64,000 nucleotides of DNA from Balanoglossus misakiensis. Lineage: Eukaryota; Animalia; Hemichordata. The translations under genes were made by a program, and so were the position numbers. Positions 15,450 to 27,070 of the stretch are shown here, piece after piece (position 1 is the stretch's first letter; every line of letters begins with the position of its first letter). The notes beneath the pieces were generated by a model. That model did not search any database and was not told where the DNA came from. It saw only the letters and a list, made by a program, of their open reading frames with translations. The stretch covers positions 1,827,854 to 1,891,853 of the forward strand of contig CM082596.2 of assembly GCA_040954595.2 (NCBI GenBank), read 5' to 3'.

Positions 15450-16166
15450 CATGAAATCGTAAACATTGTGTGCCACTCGCAATACCATCTCTACTATTGT
15501 AATCAAAGTTTTTCACCAAAGTCCCCACACGTGTCCAGCACAGTGGCGAGCGTGTGTGTGGCTGGTCGACTCATTGGTAGTAAATTATCATGATTGATAA
15601 TTCAAGTTCAATATCCTTGGATACGGACGATCGCCGCCGATGTGGTCGATGTGACAGGGTACAACAGAAAATGACAATGCAAAACGATTAATTCAGATGC
15701 CTGCATATCTTTAAATTAACGAAAACATTCGCACAATTCAGAGATCGTATTTCTACGTAGCGGCAAAATTCGGCTGCTGCAACGCGACGCTTCCTGACGC
15801 TATGGCAGCGACCAGTGATAGTTGGCCACGGTTGTGGGCGTATCGCCAGACCGGGCTGGGGTATATCGGCTCTGATCATGAACTGGGTATCTGCGGTGTT
15901 TATATACATGCTCCGATCTCTCAACACTTGCTGTAAACAGGAAGCAGATCTCCGTATTCAAGGGAAGAAATCTGCCCACAAGTTCCTTACATAGGCCATC
16001 GCTACACAGTAGCTATATGCGTGTATTTCTATGTGTGTGGCCGAGCTAGCTGGCTACGGTCGCGATCGCACAAGGCCGGTGACGATCTAAAGAGATCGTG
16101 ATCACGCACGCCCCGAAAAAACAGCGTCGCTGGAATCTGGTAGTTAATACCCATGCATCGACCTAC

Positions 16167-16250
16167 CTGAGTGACCAGAGGAACCAGTGTCTGTTCAATA
16201 GACTTGGTTTTTATCTCCAGACTTCGCGAGTCGAACTTAGCAGCCGCCAT
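16167..16250 (-). CDS. CTNNAL1: Alpha-catulin (vinculin/alpha-catenin family), first coding exon; the rest of the gene lies beyond the left edge of the window
   Basis: Translates MAAAKFDSRSLEIKTKSIEQTLVPLVTQ (84 nt, 28 codons), then a phase-0 donor CAG|GTAGGT. This closely resembles the alpha-catulin N-terminus (LEIKTRSVEQTLLPLVSQ). The expected next exon (ITTL..) was not found by eye in 1-16166. Confidence 0.85.
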
Positions 16251-16305
16251 CTTTGTAATCCTCAGTGCAGATATGTGTCGATTTCCATTTTAGCCACGCC
16301 CCCTA
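16240..16305 (-). promoter_or_regulatory. Putative alpha-catulin core promoter/5' end (YY1-like motif over the ATG, GC/KLF box), within a CpG-enriched zone ~15400-16400
   Basis: AAGATGGCGGC overlaps the start codon on the minus strand; GCCACGCCCCC at ~16293; CpG density is visibly higher than in 1-15300. Confidence 0.45.
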
Positions 16306-19300
16306 AATACAGGAATCATGGGTAGACTTTTTTGCAATCAACATATCGTCGGTTGCACTCATGATGGCGACATCTCTCGCAATGCATCTCTCGTAGAAAG
16401 TTTTCTGCAGTCAATAGAATACAAGTCACACTCATTTGTAGGAATGAAATATTTGCTTGGCCAACCAGCACACGTTCAATGTAGCTGCAGTTCAGTAGCT
16501 CGAGGTTATGCGTTGGTTTCTGTCTTAGACGTCTGGTTTTGCCGTCTAACACACACTCCATGGTGCTTCCACTTGTTGTTTTCAAGTTGGCTGTTTTTGC
16601 TGTTGTTGTTATTGTTGCTGCTGATGCGGTTGATGATGGTTTGGGTGGTGGTAGTTTATTGTATTATTGGGATTCTGAAATTACCGGCTTAATTATTATA
16701 ACCATGGCGATCATAACTCCCCATACAAGAATAATACAAGGTTGGGAGCTCCTTGGCTAGGGGGCCCTCTAAAATATAAACTAAAAATCTTTTGTTTTCT
16801 TAAAGTTTGTTTTCCGCGATTTGCGCTCTTTTATCACACTCTAAACATCGAAAGGAGGCGCAAAAATCTACCAACTTTTTATGGTTTGAATCGTTGTGTA
16901 ACATGTGAAGCATGACGCATCGATGTGGTTTGCGTTTGCCTCGCAGTGCCCTCCCATGATCAAAATATTGGCTACACCCTGATGTCCCTTACTCGTGTTC
17001 TCAACTTTGATAATGCATCTGTTGTAGTAATAGATACAATGCTTCTCGATAACTTGTTTAGGGTAGCGTTTTAACCTTTTTGTGGTGTCCCGCCTACTTT
17101 CTTTCATTTTTTTGTAACTCGTAAACAGTCGAAGTGTTCACATATATAATGGGGTTGACACGTTGCCAACAGTGGAGGGTACAGAGTTCAGGGAAATATA
17201 TCGGGGTGAAAGGTTAAACACAATCGCTGTACTGTGCGTTGTAGTGAGTAGGCAGTGGTGTTAATACGGCTGTACAATCGGGAAGCGATTTTTTTCTCTC
17301 CTTCCCGAGGAGTTTAAAGTCTTCTCCTGCTATCATGTGAAAGGAAAAGGTGTCGCTTCGAGAACGTACCATTTTCTCACGATGTTTGGCGACAGAGTTA
17401 AAAAGCGCCTGGCGACACCAGAAACTGGGACCGGCGTCAAGCCACAACACCAGCTGAAGAAATCACCATTCCCTCGACGTCACACAACTCCAAATATACA
17501 GATAGCAGACGAGGTTCGTACCAGTCAACAAATTTACAAACCGTAAACAACAACCGTACGAAACTTTATTTGTCTCGATCATTCATCACCTTGAGGATAT
17601 TATTTACCAAATCCACTTAAATATAATTGTTTCTACCACAATTGCCCTCTTGAAATGAGGTGTTCTCTCCGTCACCTAGCATATATACTTAACAGATAAT
17701 TTAATAATGCGGGTTATCGTTTTACCAGTGTTATGGAATTCGTGATAACGACTTCGAATAGAATCAACAAGGGTACTGATATTTTCATCATGAACGTTTG
17801 TTTCTGTGCAGTCCTACTCCACATCACACTCGATTGACCGCAGAAAATCAACTCTCAAAAGTTAAACACACCTTTTTAATTCCTTATAAACATATGTCCA
17901 CTGTTCTGGTACTTGACTTGACTCCAAATAATCGATAAATATGGTCAGAGTTGGACTCCGGACCCAAAGAATCTGACAGACCACCACCTTGCACCACTTC
18001 AAGGTACTAAAGTTTCCGCCCCCTTCAACGAGTTGTGTTATCTTCAAGGAATGTTTATAGTTTGTACTGTGCCAACACTTTTTACTGCAGTGTGTGGCTG
18101 TAATTCAAAGCCGAGAGCTAAACTCTGTCGCGTAAGAGAAGTAATCTAGGATTTATTGGTGCTCAAAGGTAAATTTGCCGAAGTAGGGAACAATTGGGAG
18201 CGTTGGTTCCCCTAAATGCGGGTATTAGTTTGGACACGTCATTCCTGTTCTGTCAGGCAGTGTATATAGTCTCTGTGTCGTTTGGCGAAGTTTCCACCTG
18301 TGAGCCGTCGAAACCTACCATTAGTAATCGTGCCCGCTTCAAGTATATTCAAATTAGGTTTGGGGGATTCAACGAGTTCACCCAGGTGCACAGAAGCAGC
18401 GACGCAAACACCAAAAACAGAAGTTCGATAACCGTCACCCCATTGAAATTCTTATGTTGCTGTTTGAAAGACTCATAGCCCTGCCAACTGGTTCCATGTT
18501 GAAATTACAGGGCAATAAAAACCAAGAAGTAACTGCGATTATTTCTTAAATTCTAACCCGTTACTCTTAATACAGATTGTTCATCATTCCAAATAGTGGA
18601 CGAAGTTGGCGGGCCATATTTGTCAAACGAGTCCCTATAGCAACTCTTTGAAGTCCTATGTCGTTTATTCAAAGGCTTAAAATGGTTTGACTGTTCAGAT
18701 AGCATCCTTGGGGTGTTTACTCCAATACAAGCATTTTTGTAACTGTGTGTTTGTTGGAGATGATGACTAGCATTGGTATTAAGGTCATAGCAGCTCTTCT
18801 GTTGTCCTTGGTCATCCGGATTGCATTTCCGGGATCAGAGTTCTGGTAGAACATCTGACCTGTGATAACCCTCTCAAGAAAACACAATAGAGTTTTGCGT
18901 GAGTCGCAAATATTTTTTTCTGCAAAGTCGAACATGTATACCTGTCAGGTAGCAGCCCCCGTAGGCCTATATATTTAACATGATCAGCATCACTAGTCAT
19001 TTGTGTCAAACTTTGATGGAAAGGGAAAATCATTAAAAGTTTATGTTCGCGTTTTTAAAACCCGAGAACGGTACGAGGTTTGATTTTTCGGATGTGGTTT
19101 TCGTTTTACTTGATTTTGGTGGGTTTAATTATCTCGTATACATGGAAAGGATCGGGGTTTGGGAGGGACTGGCCCTTAAAACTTGGCTAGGGCCCTTGAG
19201 AATGCGGAAGGGTGAGGATTTATGGCTGGCAGTTAGCGAGTTTGTGGAATGAATGCCGTGTTTTGCATTTCCTTCCGAACGCACGTGTAGTGAATACAGA

Positions 19301-20787
19301 TACTTCATGACTATACCTTCCATTCAGGCATTTAAAATGGATTTCACGATCGCCCTTGCTTTCTAGTGAATAAATATTTGCTTTGATTTCACATATACTT
19401 GAAGTCAACATTCACGGGTACAATTCAAACAAATAATTCAAAATTACCGTTTTTATTGTTATGAGGAGTTTGAACAGTTAGACTTTGCGATCTACCAGCC
19501 GTTTATGGCTTATAGTTCTGACGTAAGAGGCGAAAAATTATGATTTTTTGGCTGAGTGGCTATATAGCAGAGAGCAACCAGGTGTAATATGGTAATTTTG
19601 TGACTGATTTGTATATACAACAAGGTGCAGCCAGGTGTGTGTGGCGCTGCTTGAAGACTTACCAATTCTTCGTGAAACTTTCCCACTTTCAAATAAAGGC
19701 GACTTCGGTACGTGAAGAAAATACGCGTTAAATTTTGCAAAACATGATTCAGTTTAGGACCATAGTTTCCCAGACACTAAAATTTGAATGGAGTCCGTCT
19801 CTCATCTTTGACGCATTTACTGTCACCCAATGCCATTATTAATTGATAATTGCTGTTCCCTGGGTGACATCAAAATCTCAAAGGGTAAATTCTTAGACAT
19901 ATATTGACGACCCTGCGTTAGTTTTATGCACGATTTTAATCTAAGAAGGGACGATTACACTCTCGTAACGTGCGTGCGTACCACAGCGCAAGGCAAGACT
20001 CAGCCAACACGATACCGGTGGCTTGTATAAACTGAAATGTCCACGTTCGCTGCCGATGTAAAATTTGATAAGCGTCGTAAAAGAAGTTCTGCGGCGATCT
20101 TAGGGCGTAGTTATGAGTAATCGACCGAATTTTTATAGACGACCTTGGGAAGAATGGATACGAGTTTTGTAAACAACGATTTCCCAGACGATTATAGTAA
20201 CAGTAATGATGATACGATGAAATTAATACCACGCATATGTCTGACGATCATTCTGGTTACGAGGGTCAAAGTTCACATTTTCCGTCATCAGATTCTGTCA
20301 TACAGGGAGTTACAATCTCTAAGGGTTTCGAGAGCAAATATCGCTCACGCTGGTTTTGAATTTATTTGATGAAACTAAAATTTCGTGACCCGTATATCGT
20401 GTTGCGTGCTACTTGCAACTTTGGTGTCGGCATGTGTCATAAATTTCTTGAAAGCCAAAACCGGTTTTACAATCATCAATTACAATTATAGTTGCCTAAC
20501 ACTTCATATATTGGAGTCAACATACATAGCTTTTGGTAATTTTTATCGAAAGAAAAGCATCGAAAAAAGGGTCAGAAAATAAAGCGGTCTCAGAACTTGC
20601 GGATCGAGTGATGTGTATATACGCGCAGGCGTTGGCTGGGAACTCAGCTGTAAAGTTAATAACTATTACTGGTCATATTTCCCAACACATGATTGAAAAC
20701 AGCCCATCAATTACAATAATTCATCATTTCTGGTCTGGATTAACTTGCCATTTCCCCAAGCACGCTCCGCGGGAGAGGGTGACACCC

Positions 20788-20835
20788 GTCGCCATGGGAC
20801 CCGTGGTGACGCGCGCTGCTCTCAACCATGGCAAC
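20788..20835 (+). promoter_or_regulatory. RFX X-box-like motifs in the CpG-rich region upstream of the GRASP-like gene
   Basis: GTCGCCATGGGAC (20788-20800) and CCATGGCAAC (20826-20835) resemble the X-box consensus GTTGCCATGGCAAC. Confidence 0.4.
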
Positions 20836-21526
20836 CGCATGATCACGTCGCTCATGTGAGAAAGGCGTTGCAGTGATTAACCGAAGGATTTCGGTCACTT
20901 TGACAGTGTGTAGCCAGCCAAGCGGGAAGTTTTATTGACATCTTGCAAGCAGTACGCGCAAAGTAGACGTTGATGTATTGCCACTTTTGGTCTGTTGACT
21001 CTTACATACAGATAAGACCAGTGTAACGGCAAACTTGAGTTGGACTTCCGTGTTTCTTTTTTTGAAAACATCTCAACATGTACGTGGACATTTTTCAGCA
21101 CGTACTTCAGTGTTTAAATAAATATTGGGGGTTTTAAAAATGACGGCAATCACACTGGGGCGCAGCGAGAACAGTGCAACTTGTCTGAAAGTGTGAAATT
21201 GGCCAAAGTTGCCGGGCACGCCAACTACGTGTCCCATTATAGAAAACTGTCCATTTCATACGAAGTTGATTAAATGCCAATCATCTATCGAACCTGTAAC
21301 CCCTTGGGCCCACATGTCGTTGGAAAACCTGGAAATCGGGGATAATGATGAACTATTACCATAATTTAGACAGCCTGAGTAAAACAGTTAACTTATTGCA
21401 AGCTATACAGCCCCCCGCCCTGGTTCAAGTTGGTAACATTGTATAGGTCTTTAATAATTCTTTGCTCATTTATTTGCGAAGAGACAACACTGATTTGAAA
21501 TGGGTTTATCCTTTTTTGTCTTTCAG

Positions 21527-24500
21527 ATAACAGCAACTATTCAGGACAGAGGAATAATCATAGACACAGACAATTCAAGGAGGCAAGTAAAATATTTTCA
21601 TGAAAATATTAAATCTCGGTCGCAGTTTCCCTCGAGTGTATCAAGAGTTCAAGGCATATGATTGGGGTGTATTCCATATTAATATTCAACTCAAGAAAAA
21701 GATGAAGTAATTTCATCAACATTTAATTTGATTGTAATTTATAATATTTATTCGAAACTAACTGAGCCTTGGTAGTTTCAGTGTTCTGAAACAGTGGTGG
21801 TTAAACGAACAACCTACTTCAGCATTCTTTTCATCTCAGCCACTTCCTCATTGTTGTTTGTCCAGTGACTGCAGTGACCTCGGCTGACCTCCATAAATTC
21901 AACATTGTTGTCTGCCTACAAACAACAACGTCCCGCCGAGATAGGGTTTCACTCTGTCTGGGAGAATGAGGCAAATTCATGAAATCGATATTCCGAATGG
22001 TGAACAATTTATGAAAAATTCTGTAATGAGAGTAGCTCCTCGTTCTTGTTCAGAGTCTGTTCGAGTTGGACTTCGGTGCAACTTTAGAGTCATTAAACTT
22101 TAATGCTAATATATGCCATTCAGGATTTGTCTGTACCACAGCACAGTTCCTCTGTGACTGTGTGTACTGTCACTTGGCACAATTAAGGGGAGAACCATTT
22201 GCTTCAGGGGGGGGGGGGGGTTGAGGCTTTGGGTATGTCTGCAATTTTTTTCCAGCCATTGTTCCAGCAATTTTTTTCTATTGCCAGTCCTAATTTTTTC
22301 ACAAGCATTTTTTTCCCTCTGCACCAAAAGTCCTACACTCCCCAGAAAATGGTTCTCCCTTTAAGTTGTAAACATCCTACTTGGGTTGATGTTTGATCCA
22401 GGTTTGGCCTTCAAAGGGAGACCCCTCCGTTTCACCTTGCATAACGCTTATCAAGGATACTGTTGTTATTTATCGAGTCATCGTGTTTAGCCCACGGCAC
22501 ATATAAAAGTCGTGTGGGTAGGTTAACAAAAGAATGAATGAGACGGATACTGTATAAACAACACACGGAAACAAAATGGTTCATCTTAAATTGTTTTCTT
22601 CCTCAAGTCAGTCCCAGGGTTTTCTGCACCAAGTGCAGCATCAAAGGTCATGGGTGATCAATGGCATCTGAGCAGTGAGGGCGTGATTTGGCAAAGATAT
22701 TAGACTTGGGTTATTTGTTGCAAAGTACATAAAATGAAGGTTTCAAATGTTTGTACTGTTGAGCCTCTCTGTGCGTTTGTTTCACTCAGAGTCATTGAAT
22801 ATTAAATTGGCTTATGAGTCAGCAAACATGAACAGTTAAATTTTCAGACACTTCTCCAATAGTGAAGTGCTTATGCATTCTCCTATCAAAATCATAAAGC
22901 ACTCAGCAGGCATCTTTTTCGGTTTCGAAACTATGATGAAATGGGTGGCATTGAAATGAGACTCACATCTGTTCGGGTTTCACTTACATGTAATTAATTA
23001 TTGTCCCAAGAGAATAGTGTACTGAAATTTGTTTTTTCAGTTTTAAAGTATGGTTTCCTTCTGTATTGAAAGTCCAACAAAGCTGGAAGGGGAAAAAACA
23101 TGCCTTAACACCCACTTGATATTTGCACAATTTATTCTCATTTCAGGAGAACCATAGTCGTGAAACCAAGACGCGATGCCTATGGATTTGACCTTGAGGT
23201 GAGTTGCAATTATCATTCTATTTCTGCAGCAATTTTGAAGTTCCATATCCAGTTAAATTAAAACTGCAGTAACTTCTGTAACATATATATTTTTTTGGTC
23301 CACACAGAGTTACCGAATCTACCACAAAGAGACGGCACAAACTGAAATCATCAGTTTTGTATCGAAGGTGGAAGATGATGGTCCTGCATACATAGCAGGC
23401 ATGAGGCCAGGTGAGCCAAGTTTCCCACATGATGTTCTCCCTGATAACTCTTTTCCAGTAAATACTGATGCAACCAGCACGCAATCAATGCATTCAGTTT
23501 TGTATCATTTCCTGTCTTTCAAGGTGACGTCATTGCTTCTGTGAATGGAACCAGTGTAATTAACTTGGAACATGAATACATCGTCAGAGAGTTGAGGGCG
23601 TCTGTCGGCTGTGACCTTCGGTAAGGGAATGTTTGTAAGCTACAACAAGCAATAGACTCAGATCTCTATGGCAATACTTTATAAGTGCAATAATCACTGC
23701 TGTGTGTTTATCTCTATGAACTGCTTTATAAATCATGCATTGAAGTGTAGTATATTTTGAAAGTGCCATTATTCAGAGAAAACATCTGTGTCATACATGC
23801 CAGTCGTAATGAAGCTTTGTTTCTGATTGTTGTAGGCTGGTAGTCGTGTTCGAGGACTACATGAGGAAAATAGAACTGCACAAGAAACTCATCGCATTGA
23901 AGGTAAGTCCGAAACACACTTAGAAGCAAACTCCCAACTGTACAAAAGACTTGTCTTGTTGCTGTACATTATTCGAGTTAGACCAATATGTACATGTGTT
24001 TTATGCCCAGGTTGAAAGTGAAATTCAGTACAAGTGAGAAAGGTGATTTTCCTGCAGCAAGTAGTGGTCAGGAGTGCTTTACATTGAAAGAGAATTAAAG
24101 GGCAGCAAAGGTTAGTTGTGATAGGAAGGTAAATGATTATGAATTACTTCTATATTAGATTTCATTGTGAATATAAACTATTCCGTGTTCCTGTGAATTT
24201 TCCTCCATGTTCAGAGGACGCTGCGGATGAAGGAAAAAGAGCTCCGAAACCTTGAAATTGAAGAGGAGAATCTTCTCCACAAAGGATCGCGTCCGGTCAG
24301 TCTGGAATCAGCGGAGAGTTATTCTGACATGTCTGGAATCGTGGATCTTGGCAGTTTGTCTCTCTCTACAGGATGGAATCTCCAGGAACCAATCACTGCA
24401 CGCGCTTCACCTCGTGCCTCTCGGCATACCACTGTCAGTTCAAGTAGCCTGCCTCTTCCGTCACCAACCAAAGAATTTGGGGTGGAAACTTTCAAACTGG

Positions 24501-25222
24501 ACAGGCGGACCTTTGCAGGGAACTCGCTTGACACAGAAGCAGCAGATGAAGAGGACAATGATATTGGTATACAGTTTAAAGTTCATGTTGTGGGTGAAAA
24601 TGACAGCGAGAATTACACTAGAGAGCTGAAATCGCCAGACTCTGGTTACGATGAACAGAGAAACAGCAAAGCGATCAGCGAAGAAAGTGAAGATTCAGTC
24701 TTCAGATTCCCCAAAGTCCAGGAAGACAACCAAAATGAAGTCTTCGCTTTCCAGCAGAGCTACGATTTCGAACCCGCCCCAAATGACCAGTTTTCTTCAC
24801 CTCTAATCAATGACCCCACCAACAACGAAGACTTCACACCTGAGAATGTCGACGAACCTGCGCCAAATGATGAAATCATCTTTCCCATCAACGAATTCAC
24901 ACAACCTGAAAACCCCGTTTTCCAGCAGCCAGACGAACCCACCCTAAATGAAGAAATCACTTTGCCCATCAACAAATTCACACAACCTGAAAACCCCGTT
25001 TTCCAGCAGCCAGATGAACCCACCCCAAATGAAGAAATCACTTTGCCCATCAACGAATTCACACAACCTGAAAAAATCCAGCAGCCAGATGAACCTGCAC
25101 CAAATGATGAAATCATCTTTCCCATCAACGAGGACGATGAGGAAACTTCCTTTTGTTTCAATGATGACACCGAATTCTTGCTCGAGGTTGTCAATGACGA
25201 CGATGAAGACACAGCGCTGTGA
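21527..25222 (+). CDS. GRASP: Tamalin/GRASP-CYTIP family PDZ + coiled-coil scaffold protein; start exon not resolved
   Basis: Phase-compatible exons 21527-21582, 23147-23198, 23308-23410, 23524-23620, 23836-23902 and 24215-25222 give ITATIQDRGIIIDTDNSRRRTIVVKPRRDAYGFDLESYRIYHKETAQTEIISFVSKVEDDGPAYIAGMRPGDVIASVNGTSVINLEHEYIVRELRASVGCDLRLVVVFEDYMRKIELHKKLIALKRTLRMKEKELRNLEIEEENLL... This matches the Tamalin PDZ (FGFEIQTYG..VTFVCRV..PAQLAGLTPGDTIASVNG) and the following zipper (IRKAELEARLQYLKQTL). Ends ...EDTAL*. AATAAA at ~26509 and ~26920. Confidence 0.88.
22187..22360. mobile_element. MITE-like element, ~14-bp terminal inverted repeats, flanked by TTAA on both sides
   Basis: Left ttaa|GGGGAGAACCATTT, right AAATGGTTCTCCCT|ttaa; 174 bp, non-coding, in a GRASP-like intron. 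A related right-end fragment lies at ~26545-26635. Confidence 0.65.
24851..25132 (+). repeat. Coding tandem repeat, 81-bp (27-aa) unit, ~3.5 copies, in the GRASP-like last exon
   Basis: Units start at 24851, 24932, 25013 and 25088 (third unit 75 bp). Consensus DEP(A/T)PN(D/E)EI(I/T)(F/L)PINEFTQPENPVFQQP. Confidence 0.92.
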
Positions 25223-26544
25223 TGTAGAGCACCCTCTCAGTACTTTCCTCTCATGTGTAAATCCATCCATGTTAGAATTATATGTACCATACATGTATAC
25301 TACAATTACATGTACTTGCTAGGCCACATTAGTACCTAGAGTTTGTCTTAAAGTATTAATTGAGATCTGAAATCTAATTTAAGTGTGACCTGCTTTTGGT
25401 CACAATGGTGAAGTGACTTGCGCCCGGAGACCTCCTATAAAATGTTTTGTGTGTGTGGCCAAAAAAAACTCATGGATTAATATGCATCAATGTTCAGATC
25501 TTGCATAGTTCTCGCAGAATATTTTTCCACTTATAAACAAGATTGCGCACATATATAAACACACATCATAGTGTGTTGCAAGGTTTTGTAAGATACCTAG
25601 TCAATGACTGCATCAGATGTGCTATAATCAAAGTATTACAGTTTGTCAATTCCAGAAAAGTACACAATTAATTATTACAGCACCCAAGAACCATTTTGTG
25701 GTGTCAATATTTGATTCACAGACAAACTTCAGAATGATTTCATTTTGAAGATGCTTACAAATATTTAAGAAAAACACACTTGAGAAATTTATAAGTATAT
25801 AACTGTTGTATTATATTATTCCAGGCAACGTTTTTGTCATTTACATTCTACTCGGATTTTGAGCAATTTATGCGTTTTATACAATGCTTTAGTAATATCC
25901 TAGAAGCCAATGTTTCACCATTAGCCCATGCATACCCAACATGACAATCAGTGGACTAATCTGTTCTCCTGACTGCTTGAAAGCTACCCCTTGATTGGCT
26001 AGTACTACAGTAGTAGTGGTATGGACGTTTCTGCTAACCAATTGAGATACATGTTATAAATTGGTGCTGGCCACCTTCAAATACAGCTGAGAAGCTGATT
26101 TGCGTCACTGTTTTGGCAGTGGCAGTAGAAATATTTGTTTGAAAAGCAAAGTGTGTAAAAATGTAGGCATGGTGGTACTGCATCCATTTTCCCCGAAACC
26201 CCTAGTTTTCATTTTTGCATCATAGACAGAATTGTAATGATTTTTTTTCATTCAATCGGACAACAGTACAAATTTGTCAGCTGAGGCCTTGTGCCTGCAA
26301 CTCAAAAGATACTGTTGTGATTTATGAAGTATGGATTCTTGGTCATTGTCACTTGAATGATCTGTTGCATTCCATTTTCCAACTGAACTGTTTATTCCAA
26401 TACAGAAAACAGATGTAAAGTATAAAGATGTGCTCATAAAATGAACTTATGAAACTAGTATGGTATAAGCAGTGTGAAATTAAAAGTAAATACATGTTTC
26501 ATGTACAAAATAAAACTAGCCCTTTTCTTCAAGACATTACAGAA

Positions 26545-26635
26545 TTGTTTTTCCTTGGCACCACCTGCCAACAGAGTTTTTCCCCCTCTAAAAGTCCTCC
26601 ATCCACCCCCGAAAAATCAAATGGTTCATCCCCAA
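26545..26635. mobile_element. Partial MITE-like fragment related to the 22187-22360 element
   Basis: Shares TTTTTCCC(C)TCT..AAAAGTCCT..CCCC..AAATGGTTC..CCC with the right half of that element. Confidence 0.4.
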
Positions 26636-27070
26636 GGTCTTGCAACAAAGTTCTGGGCCGTAAGAGGCGCTATTGCTACATTGTTAGTAGAGAGATGTAC
26701 GCTGCTTTTTTATGTCCATACCTTTATACAAATGTATCTAGTAAATGAATCTCGCGAATTTATCCATATATACTTTAATGAGGATTCGTTTAATTTTATT
26801 CAAAGCAAGACATTTTCAAAGAATTCTTTTGATAAGGTAAAACGCATCTGGCACAAAATTTTCATCACTTTATGACAGTTTTCCGATCCACAGTACAGCC
26901 TACTGTATTGACTCTGCAAAATAAAAATATTGCACTCATAAAGTTAATTTCATTTACAGCGACACAGACAGACAGACAAGACAAGAAGATAGAAAGATTT
27001 GACAGACTGACACGACAGCAAGAATGAACAAAGACGGACCGAGGAAAGGTGACGACTTACTTTGTCAATG

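Noticed and set aside
20145-21200. Possible start exons for the GRASP-like gene (MDTSFVNN.., MYVDIFQH, MTAITLGRS..)
   Set aside because: None has a convincing donor or family similarity, so the start is left unresolved.
24851-25132. Regular repeats as a possible CRISPR-like array
   Set aside because: Contiguous in-frame tandem units with no unique spacers, in a eukaryotic exon; no cas genes.
24319-25322. Antisense and alternate-frame ORFs over the GRASP-like last exon
   Set aside because: Shadow ORFs caused by the repetitive, stop-poor coding sequence.
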